DNA of 59,201 bases from Acetobacter sp. (GCA_045615245.1 JAZLEM010000023.1:1-59201); one strand, 5' to 3'. Positions 31,435 to 43,687 are shown, counted from the first letter of the stretch. Numbers and translations: made by a program. The notes: generated from the letters alone by a model not told the origin.

Positions 31435-32760
31435 TTATTTCTTATGAATAGGCAGACTGTTTATAATGCGTGTCGCTTTGTAGATATATAATAAAAAGAT
31501 AGCAAATTCTTCACACCCGTCAGCTGCTGCCGCACCGTTAATACCGAATGCATGGGTAAGCCACAAGAGGAGTGGTATACACCATATCGTAAAGACAAGG
31601 CTTTTTGCTTTTGTGATATAAGAGAGATTGTTAAAGAGGGTGAGTAGAAGATTGAGAGGCATTGAGGCCATGGCGATGATATAGGCAACAGCAAGAATAT
31701 TGAGAAGTGTAATACTGTCAGTAGGGGCGTGATATGAAAGCATAAAAGAAAGAATATATCGACCAAAGGTGGAAGTAACTAGGATCAGAATAACGGCAAG
31801 AGATCCTAGAAAATAGAAGGTTTTTAAAAGAGTACGACGTAATGTATGCCAGTTTTTATCATCACGTAGTTTTGTCAGTTCGGGGTATAGATTATTTCCA
31901 ATCAAAGAAGATAGGCGAAAAGCCGTCGATACTATCTGGCGAGCGACAGAGAGGATAGCTAAATCTGCCGTACTCACAATGGCACTGACGATGAGCGTAA
32001 AGATTTGTCCGCTACATGAAAAGATAAAATTGTTGATGGTTGTGAAAAGAGCAAAGTTCCAAATGCCTTTAACAGGAGTAGAAGGAAAAAAGAGCGTTTT
32101 CCACAGAGAACTTATATTAAACTGATTTCGTGTTAAATAAATCCCAAGAATTGTTAAAACGATGAAATCTGTCAATTGCGTTATACACCAAACTGCTAAG
32201 AAATATGACATACGAAGATGGTTTTCGTAACCAATAAAACAGCCTAATGTACGAATAGTAGTACTTAAAGCTTGTACAGGTACGAAAAGATAATACTTGT
32301 TTACAAGCTGTATAACACCAACCTGCCATGTTGCATTTATAAACGGAATGATGAACAAACAATAATATGCTAATGAATATAGTTCTAATTGTCCCTTAAA
32401 GATAAAGTTCCCAAAAAATATAATTCCGATCCAACCAACGAACATTCCCATTATACCGCTAAGACATTCTAATCGGATACAAAAGGCTAAAATCTGACGG
32501 AAGGTGAGTGCATCTTGTTTATGAAAGGGGGCAGAGCCATAATGTACGAGTGTTTGTCCTGCTTGGAGAGATGTAATCTTAGCGCTGGATGAAATGAATG
32601 CCATGAGAAGGACGAGTTGTCCGAACTCTGTTATACCAATGCTTGCTGTTGTCCACGGAATAAAAATAAAACTGCAAAGAGCATTTATTACTCGTCCGAT
32701 AGTTATAATGAGTGTATTGTTTATAACGCGGGAAAAAGGGGAAGTTTTTTTCGTTCTCAT
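31435..32760 (-). CDS. Wzx-like polysaccharide flippase
   Basis: 441 aa, about 12 hydrophobic segments, GITEFG, LYPEL, FGINGAA. Confidence 0.78.
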   Translation of the reverse strand: MRTKKTSPFSRVINNTLIITIGRVINALCSFIFIPWTTASIGITEFGQLVLLMAFISSSAKITSLQAGQTLVHYGSAPFHKQDALTFRQILAFCIRLECLSGIMGMFVGWIGIIFFGNFIFKGQLELYSLAYYCLFIIPFINATWQVGVIQLVNKYYLFVPVQALSTTIRTLGCFIGYENHLRMSYFLAVWCITQLTDFIVLTILGIYLTRNQFNISSLWKTLFFPSTPVKGIWNFALFTTINNFIFSCSGQIFTLIVSAIVSTADLAILSVARQIVSTAFRLSSLIGNNLYPELTKLRDDKNWHTLRRTLLKTFYFLGSLAVILILVTSTFGRYILSFMLSYHAPTDSITLLNILAVAYIIAMASMPLNLLLTLFNNLSYITKAKSLVFTIWCIPLLLWLTHAFGINGAAAADGCEEFAIFLLYIYKATRIINSLPIHKK

Positions 32761-33003
32761 GTAGCTTTTTTGTCAGAAAAAGACGGCCTGCGGTTGTTGT
32801 GCTACTGGCGTGCTTAATAATATGCGTAATTGGGTTGATGGGGAATACATGGATAGAAGTTGTATAAAATTTGTATCAAATCCCTTTGTAGAATAACGTT
32901 TTCTTATAATTCTTATAGGGGGATTTGTCAAAGATTAATGAAAGGACACTTCTCTTATAGGAGGGGATTTTGGTTTTGCAAGAAGAAATATTAGGAGGGG
33001 CGG

Positions 33004-33690
33004 ATGATGTCTTATAAAGTCTCTTATGAAGCATCGCGTGATATGAAAGAAGGTGAGATTGTCATTTTCCTTCAAACGTTAGTTAAGGCGTCACCTCATG
33101 CACAAACGGAGCTTTATTACACAGATACCTTTAGTTTGCTCGTAGCCGTTGTGCTTTCGGCTCAAACAACAGATGTTTCTGTGAATAAAGTAACGCCCAC
33201 TTTGTTTGCTCTGGCTCCAACGCCTGAAGCGATGGTCGCTTTGGGGGAAGAAGGTATTGCGACGTGTATACGGACCATTGGATTGTGGCGTGCCAAGGCA
33301 CGCTATCTTGTTAGACTGTCGCAGCAGCTACTTACGAATTATGGGGGGGAAATACCGCAGACTCGCGAAGCATTGGAAACACTTGCAGGTGTTGGCCGTA
33401 AAACGGCTAATGTTGTTTTAAGTATTGCTTTTGGGAAGCCTACAGTACCTGTAGACACACATATTTTTCGTCTTGCTAATCGTTCCGGGTTGGGGAGAGG
33501 GCGCAGTGTTCGTGCTGTTGAAAAAGCATTAGAGAAACGTATTCCTGAATCGATGAAATGTGTCTCTCATCATGCTATGATCTTACACGGGCGCTATGTT
33601 TGTAAGGCACGCCGACCCGAATGTTGGCGTTGTGTTGTGCAGAATATTTGTCTTTTCCCGTGTAAAGAAGTTAATAAGAAATCTGATTAA
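33004..33690 (+). CDS. nth: Endonuclease III
   Basis: LLVAVVLSAQTTD, HhH GVGRKTANVV, VDTH, 4Fe-4S CKARRPECWRC...C. Confidence 0.96.
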   Translation: MMSYKVSYEASRDMKEGEIVIFLQTLVKASPHAQTELYYTDTFSLLVAVVLSAQTTDVSVNKVTPTLFALAPTPEAMVALGEEGIATCIRTIGLWRAKARYLVRLSQQLLTNYGGEIPQTREALETLAGVGRKTANVVLSIAFGKPTVPVDTHIFRLANRSGLGRGRSVRAVEKALEKRIPESMKCVSHHAMILHGRYVCKARRPECWRCVVQNICLFPCKEVNKKSD

Positions 33691-33767
33691 AAATACCTAG
33701 GCACTTTGTAAAAGCAAGAGTTCCAATATTACGCAATGAATGTGTAGAGAGAATCTTGCTATATTTT

Positions 33768-34811
33768 TTAAGTAATCCAACCTGCAAGCTCGTTTCGTGC
33801 TAGTGTTTCAAGCAGATCAATACTCGTGGTGCTTGCATTGAGGCATGGGATAAGTGTAAAGGATTTTCCACCTGCTTTTAGAAAAAGGTGATGTATTTCA
33901 TGACCAATCTCGTCTAAAGTTTCCAAACAATCTGCCATGAAACCTGGTGTGATAACGGCAATATGTTTGATTCCTTGGGCAGGTAATGCCTGAATAAAAG
34001 GTGCTGTATAGGGAGTGAGCCAGGAAGCGCGTCCAAATCGTGATTGGTATGTGATGGGCATAACTATTTCATCTATATCGAGTGCAGAACGTAGTGCCTG
34101 CACGGTGCGTAGGCACTCATTGGGATAAGGATCTCCTTTGTCGACGTAGGTTTGAGGTAATCCATGGAAAGAGGCAATAATTCTCTCAAAAGGGTAATCA
34201 GCTTTGGCTTGGGCTGTTCGAATATTATAGGCTAGGGCAGTTATAAAATGTGGGTGATCAGCAAAAGAGGGTAATGTGCGTATAGCGGGTTGGTGACGGA
34301 GTTGCATCAGGATTCTAAAAATTTGGTCATTTGTAGTAGCTGTTGAAGTAGCACTATACTGGGGATATAACGGCATGCATAGGATCCTCTGACATCCTTG
34401 GCGTATAAGGCTATAAATTGCTTCTTTTAATGAAGGTGTGCCGTAACGCATGCCAAATGTCACATTAACTCCTGATGGTGCCATTCTTTCGGTAAGGTAT
34501 TCTGCTTGTTTGCGGGTAATAAGTCGTAAAGGACTTTCGTTTTTGGTATTGTTCCATATACGGCGGTAGGCTTTGCTACTTGTAATAGGGTGGGTTAACA
34601 AAATAACTCCTTGTAAAAGAGGTTGCCATATAAGGGGGTGTGTTTCGATAGTACGTCGATCCGATAAAAATTCTGATAAATAGCGTCTTACGGCGTGGTA
34701 CGTTGGTTTATCTGGTGTGCCAAGGGCAGACAAAATAATCCCTATGTGTGACGTTGGGTGTAGGGATGTTGTCTGGTTATGAAGAGATGGGATAATAGAG
34801 TCAAAAACCAT
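33768..34811 (-). CDS. hemH: Ferrochelatase
   Basis: LGTPD, MRYGTP, PLYPQYS, SFHGLP, QSRFG, DCLETLDEI. Confidence 0.96.
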   Translation of the reverse strand: MVFDSIIPSLHNQTTSLHPTSHIGIILSALGTPDKPTYHAVRRYLSEFLSDRRTIETHPLIWQPLLQGVILLTHPITSSKAYRRIWNNTKNESPLRLITRKQAEYLTERMAPSGVNVTFGMRYGTPSLKEAIYSLIRQGCQRILCMPLYPQYSATSTATTNDQIFRILMQLRHQPAIRTLPSFADHPHFITALAYNIRTAQAKADYPFERIIASFHGLPQTYVDKGDPYPNECLRTVQALRSALDIDEIVMPITYQSRFGRASWLTPYTAPFIQALPAQGIKHIAVITPGFMADCLETLDEIGHEIHHLFLKAGGKSFTLIPCLNASTTSIDLLETLARNELAGWIT

Positions 34812-34826
34812 ATATTTACCATTATT

Positions 34827-35897
34827 TTACGTAAAAGTTTTTAATCCAAGTGTAAGACATTTTTTCATAACAGAGGGAATGGCAACCTCCCGCTTCTGAG
34901 ATAGAATCTGTGAGAAAGGCAGTAAAAATCCTTTTGCAACTTCTTGATTAGAGAAACGTGTAACTCGTCCAACATAAACAACAAGTTCAAGGGAAAAATG
35001 GGTAAAGACGTGATGTACAATACCCGCTCGTTGCCATTTCGTTTGAACAGGTGAGATCTTAAGGATTTCATTTTCATTCCAAGGTGTAGAGTGCCATTCT
35101 GTTCCTGGGAGTTCTATCATAGAGGCGAGAAGTCCGTTTTCTGGACGACGACGTAATAAAACAGATCCGGCTTTGTCAATAACTAAAAAGTGAACGCCAT
35201 AGCGTTGAGGACGTACGATTTTTGGGAGTTTTTTTGGTAAAATCGCGGCAGTTCCTGCAGCGTAAGCAGCACAATTTTGTTGCCAAGGACATAATCCACA
35301 AGCAGGATTACGTGGGGAGCAGATTAAAGCACCAAGGTCAAAAAGGGCTTGTGCAAAATCATGAGGGCGTGTTTGTGCTTCGTGATCCGTATTGAGCGTT
35401 GTAGCTAATTTAGCAAGTAAGGGGCGTGCATTTGGTAAAGGTGTATTGATGTTAAAAATACGTGCCGTAATGCGTTCTACATTTCCATCTACGGGTACAA
35501 CAGGTACACTAAAAGCAATAGCTGCAATTGCCGCAGCTGTGTATGGTCCAATACCAGGAAGGGTTTTGAGGTTCGGAATGTCATGAGGGAAGCCACCACG
35601 TTGCGCAACAACTTGTGCACATGTATGGAGGTTTCGTGCGCGAGAATAATACCCAAGCCCTGCCCATGTGGCGAGGACAAGGTCTTTATCAGCATGTGCA
35701 AGAGTTGTGAGTGTAGGAAAACGTTCTAAAAAATGGTAATAGTAGGGTACAACAGTTTTAACGGTTGTTTGTTGTAACATAATTTCACTAAGCCAAACAT
35801 GGTAAGGATCAGCGGTTTGTCCAATAGGGGCACGCCACGGGAGGTTACGATGGTGTTGGTCATACCAACGAAGTAAGGAACGTGCAGAGGGAGGCAT
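34827..35897 (-). CDS. mutY: A/G-specific adenine glycosylase
   Basis: WLSEIMLQQT, WAGLGYYSRARNL, VDGNV, 4Fe-4S motif, HVFTHF. Confidence 0.96.
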   Translation of the reverse strand: MPPSARSLLRWYDQHHRNLPWRAPIGQTADPYHVWLSEIMLQQTTVKTVVPYYYHFLERFPTLTTLAHADKDLVLATWAGLGYYSRARNLHTCAQVVAQRGGFPHDIPNLKTLPGIGPYTAAAIAAIAFSVPVVPVDGNVERITARIFNINTPLPNARPLLAKLATTLNTDHEAQTRPHDFAQALFDLGALICSPRNPACGLCPWQQNCAAYAAGTAAILPKKLPKIVRPQRYGVHFLVIDKAGSVLLRRRPENGLLASMIELPGTEWHSTPWNENEILKISPVQTKWQRAGIVHHVFTHFSLELVVYVGRVTRFSNQEVAKGFLLPFSQILSQKREVAIPSVMKKCLTLGLKTFT

Positions 35898-35908
35898 GAC
35901 AAAACGCG

Positions 35909-36508
35909 ATGATAGAGAAAGATTTGGACTTAGACGTAAATAATACTATAGGCGTGGCGTCATCTTTATTGGGAGAATCGACAACAGAGTCTATAGAGTA
36001 TATGCAGTCTATAGAATCGATCGGAAAACTAAAAGAACAAAATCTTTCTCACAGAACATGTACAGCACGTAGTCTTGCTTTCCTTTTGCCAAGTATTACA
36101 GCGGCTTCTTTTCGTCGTCGTTCTCCAACGGAGATACAGCTCTTCGTTCGCTGGCATGATGTTGTTGGGGCAGATATTGCTGCACAGACGAGGTTTAAAA
36201 AAATATCAGCAAAAACGCTAACAGTAGCTTGTTCAGGTCCTGTAGCGTTGGAAATGCAATACAGAACAGAAATGATCATAGCGCGTATCAATAAATGGAG
36301 TGGTAATTCTCTTGTCGAACGAATACGTATCGTGCAAGAGTCGATAAAAACTTCTACAAGTACTTTATCTGGAGGAAGACAGACATATGTATCGTCACAT
36401 GCAGTCCGATCTCCCTTATTAAGGGCTTCAGTATGTCTTTTACCTTTTTTCCCCAAATGTCCTTTGCGGGAAGCGTTAGAATCTCTTGGTTCTGCGATTA
36501 GGAAATAA
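35909..36508 (+). CDS. DUF721/DciA-like protein (true start may be downstream)
   Basis: WHDVVGADIA...TLTVAC...ALEMQY...IIARIN; divergent from mutY as is usual in Alphaproteobacteria. Confidence 0.75.
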   Translation: MIEKDLDLDVNNTIGVASSLLGESTTESIEYMQSIESIGKLKEQNLSHRTCTARSLAFLLPSITAASFRRRSPTEIQLFVRWHDVVGADIAAQTRFKKISAKTLTVACSGPVALEMQYRTEMIIARINKWSGNSLVERIRIVQESIKTSTSTLSGGRQTYVSSHAVRSPLLRASVCLLPFFPKCPLREALESLGSAIRK

Positions 36509-36830
36509 AAAAACTGTCGTAAATGACAAAGAAGTCAAGAAAAAACAATCTGTTTAAAACCTGTTTTTTTACCACATTTTTTGAGCATTTTCTAGCGCGA
36601 CTCTATCATAAAGATATGAGAAAAGAGAAGTCTAATCAATAATAAAGGCAAGGCAAAGAGGTAGTATCAAATGGGTAATATATAATATTAAAGTTAATTG
36701 ATTAAAATATAACCCTATGTATTTAAAAAGCTCTTATGCCTTCTAGAAATTATGTGATGAGATAAGGAAGAGGAAAGGTTGTTCTATCGATGCTATGGGA
36801 TAGGGACTTTTGTAAAGGTGTTGCAACGCT

Positions 36831-38018
36831 ATGATGCGTCTGGCGCTCTTATTACTCGTGTTACAGATATTATCGGCATGTGTTGCGCCTGTTCATCATT
36901 ATACATATCATCCTCCAGGTGCCGCTATGAATTTGTGGGGACCATATATTCATGAAGCGGCGCAGCGCTTTTCAATTCCGCAAAGTTGGATTCGTGCCAT
37001 TATGAATCAAGAATCAGGTGGACACCAATACTTGCACGGTCGTTTAATTCGTTCAGCACATGGAGCCGTTGGACTTATGCAAATTAAGCCCGAAACTTAC
37101 GCGATTCTCGCACGTCGTTACCATTTAGGGTCTGATCCGTATAATCCGCATGATAATATCATAGCAGGAAGTGGCTATATTCGTGAACTTTATAATCGTT
37201 TTGGGTCTCCTATGTTTGTGGCAGCCTATAATTGTGGTCCTCAATGTGTTGAGAATTATCGTAGATATGGCACACCTCTTCCCGGTTACGCACGTGCCTA
37301 TCTTGCCGCTGTTGCTCCTCATTTGAGAGATAGTATACCTCGCACTGCACCTGTGGAAGTCGTACAAACACAACCAAATTCTCAACTCAATACCGGAGGA
37401 GATAATACACAAGAGTCTATAGAAAGTGCCCTCCAACAGGCGACGTTTATAGGGCGTAATGTCCGTCAGGGAAATGAAATTTCATCATCTAATACATCAT
37501 CATATTATGGGCAGAATTATTCTAATAATATGAATACGTCTAGTAATCTTTCAGGTATGACGGGGGTTGCTCCACCTATACGAGCTGACCTTCCTCCACC
37601 ACAAAGCACATCTCAAGCCGTATTAGGAGACACGGTGGAATCATTACCTTCTGGTGGAGTTCAATCTTCTACGGATCAAACATCTTCAACTCAAGGAACC
37701 GGACAGATAATACCAGCTTCTATGGCACAATCTTCTGTGGCATCTCCTACTATTATATGGAAATCAGTGCCAGGTACAGGTAACGCAATTATTCAAATAG
37801 GTGCGTTTTCTACACCAGAACATGCACAAAAAGTTATAGCCCAAGCACGTCGTGTTTCTAACATGCTACAACATGCTGTAGGGCATGTCGATCATGTGGT
37901 AACCTCTCGTGGGGTTTCAGTCTGGCGTACTCGCTTAACAGGATTACCTGTTGAGAAAGAGGGTATGATTTGCTCTATACTTCGTCAGAAAGGGATAACA
38001 TGCGTTACTGTTCATTAA
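36831..38018 (+). CDS. Lytic transglycosylase (SLT) lipoprotein with C-terminal SPOR domain
   Basis: Lipobox LSAC, QESGG, GAVGLMQ, AAYNCG, IIQIGAF. Confidence 0.88.
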   Translation: MMRLALLLLVLQILSACVAPVHHYTYHPPGAAMNLWGPYIHEAAQRFSIPQSWIRAIMNQESGGHQYLHGRLIRSAHGAVGLMQIKPETYAILARRYHLGSDPYNPHDNIIAGSGYIRELYNRFGSPMFVAAYNCGPQCVENYRRYGTPLPGYARAYLAAVAPHLRDSIPRTAPVEVVQTQPNSQLNTGGDNTQESIESALQQATFIGRNVRQGNEISSSNTSSYYGQNYSNNMNTSSNLSGMTGVAPPIRADLPPPQSTSQAVLGDTVESLPSGGVQSSTDQTSSTQGTGQIIPASMAQSSVASPTIIWKSVPGTGNAIIQIGAFSTPEHAQKVIAQARRVSNMLQHAVGHVDHVVTSRGVSVWRTRLTGLPVEKEGMICSILRQKGITCVTVH

Positions 38019-38250
38019 TAAGTTGCTGAGATATTAAGGGAAGAGATAGACGAAAATATAATTATTCTACATAATTACTTACTAATGAATGTTTGAGAAA
38101 TGGCTTGTGTAGAATCAACTGATCTCGTTATGTTGTATAATTATCTACTTATTTCTGTTCGTGATACGTGTGTGCTATGTTGTTCTACTGAAGAGGGAGC
38201 CAAAAGACCCTGACTTTGTGTTAATGATCTGAGGAGTCATATTTTATACC

Positions 38251-38745
38251 ATGTCGCACACTATGTCGCGTAGTTCTGTATTTCTCTACTCTAGTCTTAT
38301 GATTTTTTTGAGTGTTAGTTTGGGAGCATGCTCTTTCTTCCATAAAGAAAATAATACGCTTGCTATCCCACGTCGTCAGCTTTTATCGGAAGATCGTAAC
38401 GCGTCAGGAGGAACTGCAACATTAAAAGACAATGTGAATGCGTACTTGTGGCGTGCTACCCTTGATACTCTTTCTTTTATGCCAATTTCTATGGCGGATG
38501 CGAAAGGAGGTATTATTCTTACAGATTGGTATACACCTCCTGCCATTCATGATGAACGTTTTAAAATGACAGCCTTTATTTTAAGCCGTTATTTACGTTC
38601 TGATGCATTACGTTTGAGTGTGTTTCGTCAAGTGAAAGAAGGTGATAAATGGGTTGATACACCACCAGCTTCGAATACAGCTTCAGATATAGCAGCGCGT
38701 ATTCTCTCACGTGCGCGTAAGTTGCATCTTGAGAGTAATAAATAG
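38251..38745 (+). CDS. DUF3576 lipoprotein
   Basis: LGAC lipobox, VNAYLWRATLDTLSFMP, GGIILTDWY; upstream of leuS. Confidence 0.85.
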   Translation: MSHTMSRSSVFLYSSLMIFLSVSLGACSFFHKENNTLAIPRRQLLSEDRNASGGTATLKDNVNAYLWRATLDTLSFMPISMADAKGGIILTDWYTPPAIHDERFKMTAFILSRYLRSDALRLSVFRQVKEGDKWVDTPPASNTASDIAARILSRARKLHLESNK

Positions 38746-38793
38746 CGCTTTTTGGCATAATTTTTTAATATCATTGCATATAAGGAATTTCTG

Positions 38794-41580
38794 GTGTCGC
38801 ATACGTTTTCTTCTACGCCATCTTCTGCTGCAGATTCTTTAGTTTATGATTTTCGGAATGTTGAACCTAAGTGGCAGGCAGTCTGGGAAAATGCAGGTGT
38901 ATTTTCTGTTCCAGATATTCCTTCGTCAGAACAACCTAAATATTATGTTTTGGAAATGTTTCCCTATCCTTCTGGACAGTTGCATATGGGGCATGTACGG
39001 AACTATGCGCTTGGCGATGTTATTGCGCGTTATAAACGCGCACAAGGGTTTTGCGTGCTTCATCCTATGGGGTGGGATGCTTTTGGATTACCTGCTGAAA
39101 ATGCAGCGCGTGAGCGTGGTATTCATCCTAAAGAGTGGACATTTGCCAATATTGCTACGATGCGTCTGACCTTAAAACGGTTGGGGTTTTCTCTTAACTG
39201 GGATCGGGAAATAACCACATGTATGCCTGAATATTATGGGCAACAGCAAAGATTATTTCTAGAGTTTTTACGTGCAGGACTAGTAGAACGACGCGAGAGT
39301 TGGGTTAATTGGGACCCTGTTGATCAAACCGTGCTTGCGAATGAACAAGTGATTGAAGGTAGAGGATGGCGTTCAGGGGCACTTATTGAAAAAAAGAAGC
39401 TTTCACAATGGTTTTTGCGTATTACAGAATACGCACAAGATTTATTGGACGGACTTAAAAGCCTTGACCGTTGGCCAGAGCGTGTGAAAACTATGCAAGA
39501 AAGGTGGATTGGTCGTTCAGAGGGGGTGAAAATACGTTTTCCCCTTAGTTGTCCTCCAGATGCATTAGAGCCTCATTTGCGTGAAGTTACGGTTTTTACA
39601 ACACGTCCTGACACGCTTTTTGGGATGTCATTTCTGGCGATTGCCGCTGACCATCCTTTAGCCCTATGGGCTGCAGAACAAAACCCTCAAGTAGCAGAAT
39701 TTGTAGCAGAATGCCAACGGCTTGGTACTTCTATTGAATCAGTGGAAACTGCCCCTAAAAGAGGAATCGATACAGGTTTACGTGTTTCTCATCCTTTTTT
39801 AAATACGGATTTTCCTATTTGGATTGCTAATTTTGTGCTTATGGACTATGGCACGGGGGCGTTATTTGGTTGCCCTGCAAGTGATCAACGTGATTTGGAC
39901 TTTGCACGTGAATATAATCTTCCTGTAACGCCTGTTATTCTTCCTCCTGAGATAGAAAAGTCGGGTAATCAAGATCATTACTGCATTGAAGCACAGGCGT
40001 ATACGGGAAATGGTCGGCTAATCAATTCGGATTTTCTTAATGGGCTTACGACACATGAGGCACGTCGTGTGGTGATAGAACGGCTTGAAAAACAAGGGCT
40101 TGGAGAAAGTGTTGTTCATTGGCGGTTACGGGATTGGGGGATTTCACGTCAAAGATATTGGGGGTGCCCTATCCCTATTATTCATTGTGCGACATGTGGT
40201 GCTGTTCCCGTGCCTGAAGATCAGTTGCCGGTTACGCTGCCAGAAGATGTTAGCTTTGAAAAACCTGGTAATCCGCTGGAGCATCACCCACATTGGAAAT
40301 ACACAAACTGCCCCGTTTGTCATCAACCTGCTATAAGAGAAACGGATACTTTTGATACATTTGTAGATAGTTCATGGTATTTTTCTCGTTTTACAGCACC
40401 TCATGCACTAACGCCAACCGTGTCTGAAGCCGTTCATCGTTGGCTTGCCGTAGATCAATATATTGGAGGGATTGAACACGCTATCTTACATTTGCTTTAT
40501 GCGCGGTTTTTTACGCGTGCGATGCATCGTACGGGACATGTAAATATTGATGAGCCTTTTGCAGGATTATTTACGCAAGGCATGGTGACCCATGAAAGCT
40601 ATAAGGATCAAGATGGGCATTGGGTTTATCCTGAAGATGTGGAGCGTACATCTATGGGTGCTGTGCATCGGATTACGGGGGAACCTCTTACGGTTGGGCG
40701 TGTTGAAAAAATGTCCAAATCAAAGCGAAATACGGTGGCTCCTGCCGCAATTATTGAAAGATTCGGGGCAGATATAGCACGGTGGTTTGTGCTTTCAGAT
40801 AGTCCACCAGATCGTGATATGGAATGGACAGAAGTCGGTGTTTCAGGTGCAGGGCGCTTTGTACAACGCCTTTTCCGTTCGGTTTGTGGTGTGGCTGTAG
40901 AAAAAACCGCGTTACTTTCTTGTAAAAAAGACCTAGAAAATTCTCTTGTAAAAAAAACAATAGAGTCTTCCGTAACAGAATCCTGTAAAACTGACTTTAT
41001 CCAAAAAACGGATAAGAAATCTGTACAAGAACAAGAAACAGCAGCAGACTCATTACGCCGGATGACACATCGTACGATTGTTGCTGTGACAGAGGCTTTA
41101 GAACATTTTACCATTAACGTTGCTGTTGCCCGTATTCATGAGTTAACTTCTGCACTCATTGCAACAGAGGATCACTTTAAAAATAAAACAAAAACATCAC
41201 AGCATGAAGAGCAGCAGAGAGAAATGGCTTTTGCGCGGTTTGAATGTGCGCGTACACTTTGCTTGTTATGTGCTCCGATGATGCCTCATATTGCTGAAGA
41301 AATGTTTTCGCGTCTTTGCCCTGAAGAGGGGCTTGTTGTATGCCAAGCTTGGCCTCAGGCGAGTCAGGAATGGCTCACTGTGACACGGGTTACGGTGGCA
41401 GTACAAATTTTAGGTAAATTACGTGGTACAATTGAAGTCTCTCCAGATGAAGAAGCTACTCGTGTTATAGCGCGTGCACAAGCTGATCCCCATGTTGCTC
41501 GTTTTTTGCAGGGGAAAAAAATTGTCAAAACAATTCATGTACCAAATCGAATCGTTAATTTTGTGGTGAAAGACGCATGA
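38794..41580 (+). CDS. leuS: Leucine--tRNA ligase
   Basis: MFPYPSG.LHMGH, KMSKS, SRQRYWG. Confidence 0.98.
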   Translation: MSHTFSSTPSSAADSLVYDFRNVEPKWQAVWENAGVFSVPDIPSSEQPKYYVLEMFPYPSGQLHMGHVRNYALGDVIARYKRAQGFCVLHPMGWDAFGLPAENAARERGIHPKEWTFANIATMRLTLKRLGFSLNWDREITTCMPEYYGQQQRLFLEFLRAGLVERRESWVNWDPVDQTVLANEQVIEGRGWRSGALIEKKKLSQWFLRITEYAQDLLDGLKSLDRWPERVKTMQERWIGRSEGVKIRFPLSCPPDALEPHLREVTVFTTRPDTLFGMSFLAIAADHPLALWAAEQNPQVAEFVAECQRLGTSIESVETAPKRGIDTGLRVSHPFLNTDFPIWIANFVLMDYGTGALFGCPASDQRDLDFAREYNLPVTPVILPPEIEKSGNQDHYCIEAQAYTGNGRLINSDFLNGLTTHEARRVVIERLEKQGLGESVVHWRLRDWGISRQRYWGCPIPIIHCATCGAVPVPEDQLPVTLPEDVSFEKPGNPLEHHPHWKYTNCPVCHQPAIRETDTFDTFVDSSWYFSRFTAPHALTPTVSEAVHRWLAVDQYIGGIEHAILHLLYARFFTRAMHRTGHVNIDEPFAGLFTQGMVTHESYKDQDGHWVYPEDVERTSMGAVHRITGEPLTVGRVEKMSKSKRNTVAPAAIIERFGADIARWFVLSDSPPDRDMEWTEVGVSGAGRFVQRLFRSVCGVAVEKTALLSCKKDLENSLVKKTIESSVTESCKTDFIQKTDKKSVQEQETAADSLRRMTHRTIVAVTEALEHFTINVAVARIHELTSALIATEDHFKNKTKTSQHEEQQREMAFARFECARTLCLLCAPMMPHIAEEMFSRLCPEEGLVVCQAWPQASQEWLTVTRVTVAVQILGKLRGTIEVSPDEEATRVIARAQADPHVARFLQGKKIVKTIHVPNRIVNFVVKDA

Positions 41581-42350
41581 AGCTTTTAAGCATCTCTTCA
41601 CAAATGCTCCATATAATGGACAGATCTTTTTGTAAAAAAAACTCTCAAATTAGAAAGATAAGTTCGCTTTACGCACTTATAATGGTTTCTATTGCTCTTT
41701 CTGGCTGTGGGTTTCATTCTCTTTATGGTGAGGATGTTAACAACGGGACTGTTTCTGAGGATCTTAAACAGATTTATATCGCTCGAATTCCAAATCGTGT
41801 TGGACAGGTGCTTCGGGAGTCTTTGCAACAAGATATGGCTGGTAATGGGTCACAAGCCGAGAGTCGTTATGTGTTACGTGTGCAACCTGCTTTTGATGCG
41901 GAAGACGTTGATATTCATGCTGATAACACGTCTGGGTGGACACGTCTTGTTGGGCGGGCGCATTGGCAGCTTTTTACTCTGGCAGAACATCCTAAACTTC
42001 TCGCTCAAGGTCAGTCACGTGTTTTAGATGGTTATACCGTAACTTATGCAGAGCCTTTTGCACAACGATTAAACGATGAAACTGCTCTGAGTCGTATGGC
42101 ACATGCTTTGGGGGCAGATATTACGCAGCAAGTGGCGACATGGTTTCGTACAGGGGTGAAAGAAAAAGGAGACGAATGTATAAATGTCGCGCAGTCCTCT
42201 TGTTCCTCTCAATCGCCAACGTTTCAGGCTTATCCTATTCCCAATGCCATGCCGGGAGCATACGGACGAAACGCTCTTATGCAATCTGGGGAGGATGGCG
42301 TACCAGGTATTGCCTCAGGGCGTGTAGAAGTAGGGGCAGGACGTTTTTAG
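41577..42350 (+). CDS. lptE: LPS assembly lipoprotein LptE-like
   Basis: [10 protein letters not shown] lipobox; lies between leuS and holA. Confidence 0.8.
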   Translation: MKLLSISSQMLHIMDRSFCKKNSQIRKISSLYALIMVSIALSGCGFHSLYGEDVNNGTVSEDLKQIYIARIPNRVGQVLRESLQQDMAGNGSQAESRYVLRVQPAFDAEDVDIHADNTSGWTRLVGRAHWQLFTLAEHPKLLAQGQSRVLDGYTVTYAEPFAQRLNDETALSRMAHALGADITQQVATWFRTGVKEKGDECINVAQSSCSSQSPTFQAYPIPNAMPGAYGRNALMQSGEDGVPGIASGRVEVGAGRF

Positions 42351-42390
42351 TGGATATTGTTCATCGTTGTTTTTGGATTAATAATATTCT

Positions 42391-43488
42391 ATGAAAATAG
42401 ATGCCAAAACTCTACCTCGTGTTATGGCAAATCCCACTGCGTGGCGTGTGATTCTTTTTCATGGTGATGATATGGGATTGATTCAAGAGCGCGCGCAAAC
42501 GGTTGTCGAAACCGTTATCGGTAAAGAGAATAATGGTAAAAATAATAGCAAAAATGATCCTTTTCGCGTCGCAATTCTTGATAGAGAAACTCATACCCAT
42601 CTTGAAGAAGAGGCAACAGCTCTCTCTCTTGTAGGAGGGCGGCGTGTTGTTCGTGTCCGTGAGAGTGTTGATGCTCTCGTGCCTGCTTTACAAGCTATTT
42701 TAGCAATAGAACCTTTTGCCTCAACGCCACTCAATACCATTCCTTCTTATGAGACACTTGTTGTGCTAGAGGCGCAAAACCTACCTCCTCGTTCTAAACT
42801 ACGTCATTTCATCGAAGAGCGGAAAGATTGTGCCTCTATTGGTTGTTATCCTGAAGAAGGATATACGCTTGAAGAGACGATGGTGCGCATTCTTAAAGCG
42901 CGGTGTGTAGATATTCAGCCTGAAGCATTACGATGGTTGAGTACACAACTTGGATCACATCGTGCTATTGTACGGAGTGAAATGGAAAAACTAGCTCTTT
43001 ATGCCAATGATTCGGGTACGCTAACGCTTGATGATGTTCGTGTCTGTATTGGTGATAGTGGGCAGGCCACATTAGAGGAAGCTGCTTTTGCAGCAACCGA
43101 GGGAAAACGGGCTGAAGCAGATAGAGCCATTGAACGTGCATTAGCTGAGGGGATGGGGGCCATACCGATTATTAGGGTGTTTTTAGCCCATATACAACGG
43201 TTACGGCGTGTGCGTGCGACTATAGACTCGGGAGTAGATAAAGCCGTGGCTCTTAAAGCCTTACGTCCGCCAGTTTTTTTCAAGCGTATGGCTAGCTTTG
43301 AGCGATCCATTGCTCTTTGGTCTCTTCCTGATCTGACACAAGAAACCGCTACATGGCGAGCTTTAGAAGTTACCTGTAAACAAACAGGAGTGCCTGATCT
43401 TTTGCTATGTCGTAGGCAAGTGGCTCTTTTAGGCGGGCGTGCCGCATATTATCTTAAACAAAAACAGAAAAGCAGACGTTTTGGATAG
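42391..43488 (+). CDS. holA: DNA polymerase III subunit delta
   Basis: LFHGDDMG, SLVGGRRVV, EMEKLALY, RPPVFFKR. Confidence 0.92.
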   Translation: MKIDAKTLPRVMANPTAWRVILFHGDDMGLIQERAQTVVETVIGKENNGKNNSKNDPFRVAILDRETHTHLEEEATALSLVGGRRVVRVRESVDALVPALQAILAIEPFASTPLNTIPSYETLVVLEAQNLPPRSKLRHFIEERKDCASIGCYPEEGYTLEETMVRILKARCVDIQPEALRWLSTQLGSHRAIVRSEMEKLALYANDSGTLTLDDVRVCIGDSGQATLEEAAFAATEGKRAEADRAIERALAEGMGAIPIIRVFLAHIQRLRRVRATIDSGVDKAVALKALRPPVFFKRMASFERSIALWSLPDLTQETATWRALEVTCKQTGVPDLLLCRRQVALLGGRAAYYLKQKQKSRRFG

Positions 43489-43687
43489 AAGTATGAAAGA
43501 GTGCTAAAATGAATTTACCTAGTGTAATGTAGGGTATGAAATATACGATTATAGAAATGCTTTTTGTTGAGACTGTGTGATCTTCTTTTATGTATGTCCA
43601 GCGTTCTCCTCTATTTCTTCTGAATAATATTGTGGCAGTGAATTGTCAGTATTTTGCAGGTTTACGATTATGTTGAAGAATAACGCT

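Noticed and set aside
33004-35897. nth and mutY (plus ogt) as a DNA-repair island
   Set aside because: They are ordinary core genes with host-like composition and different orientations.
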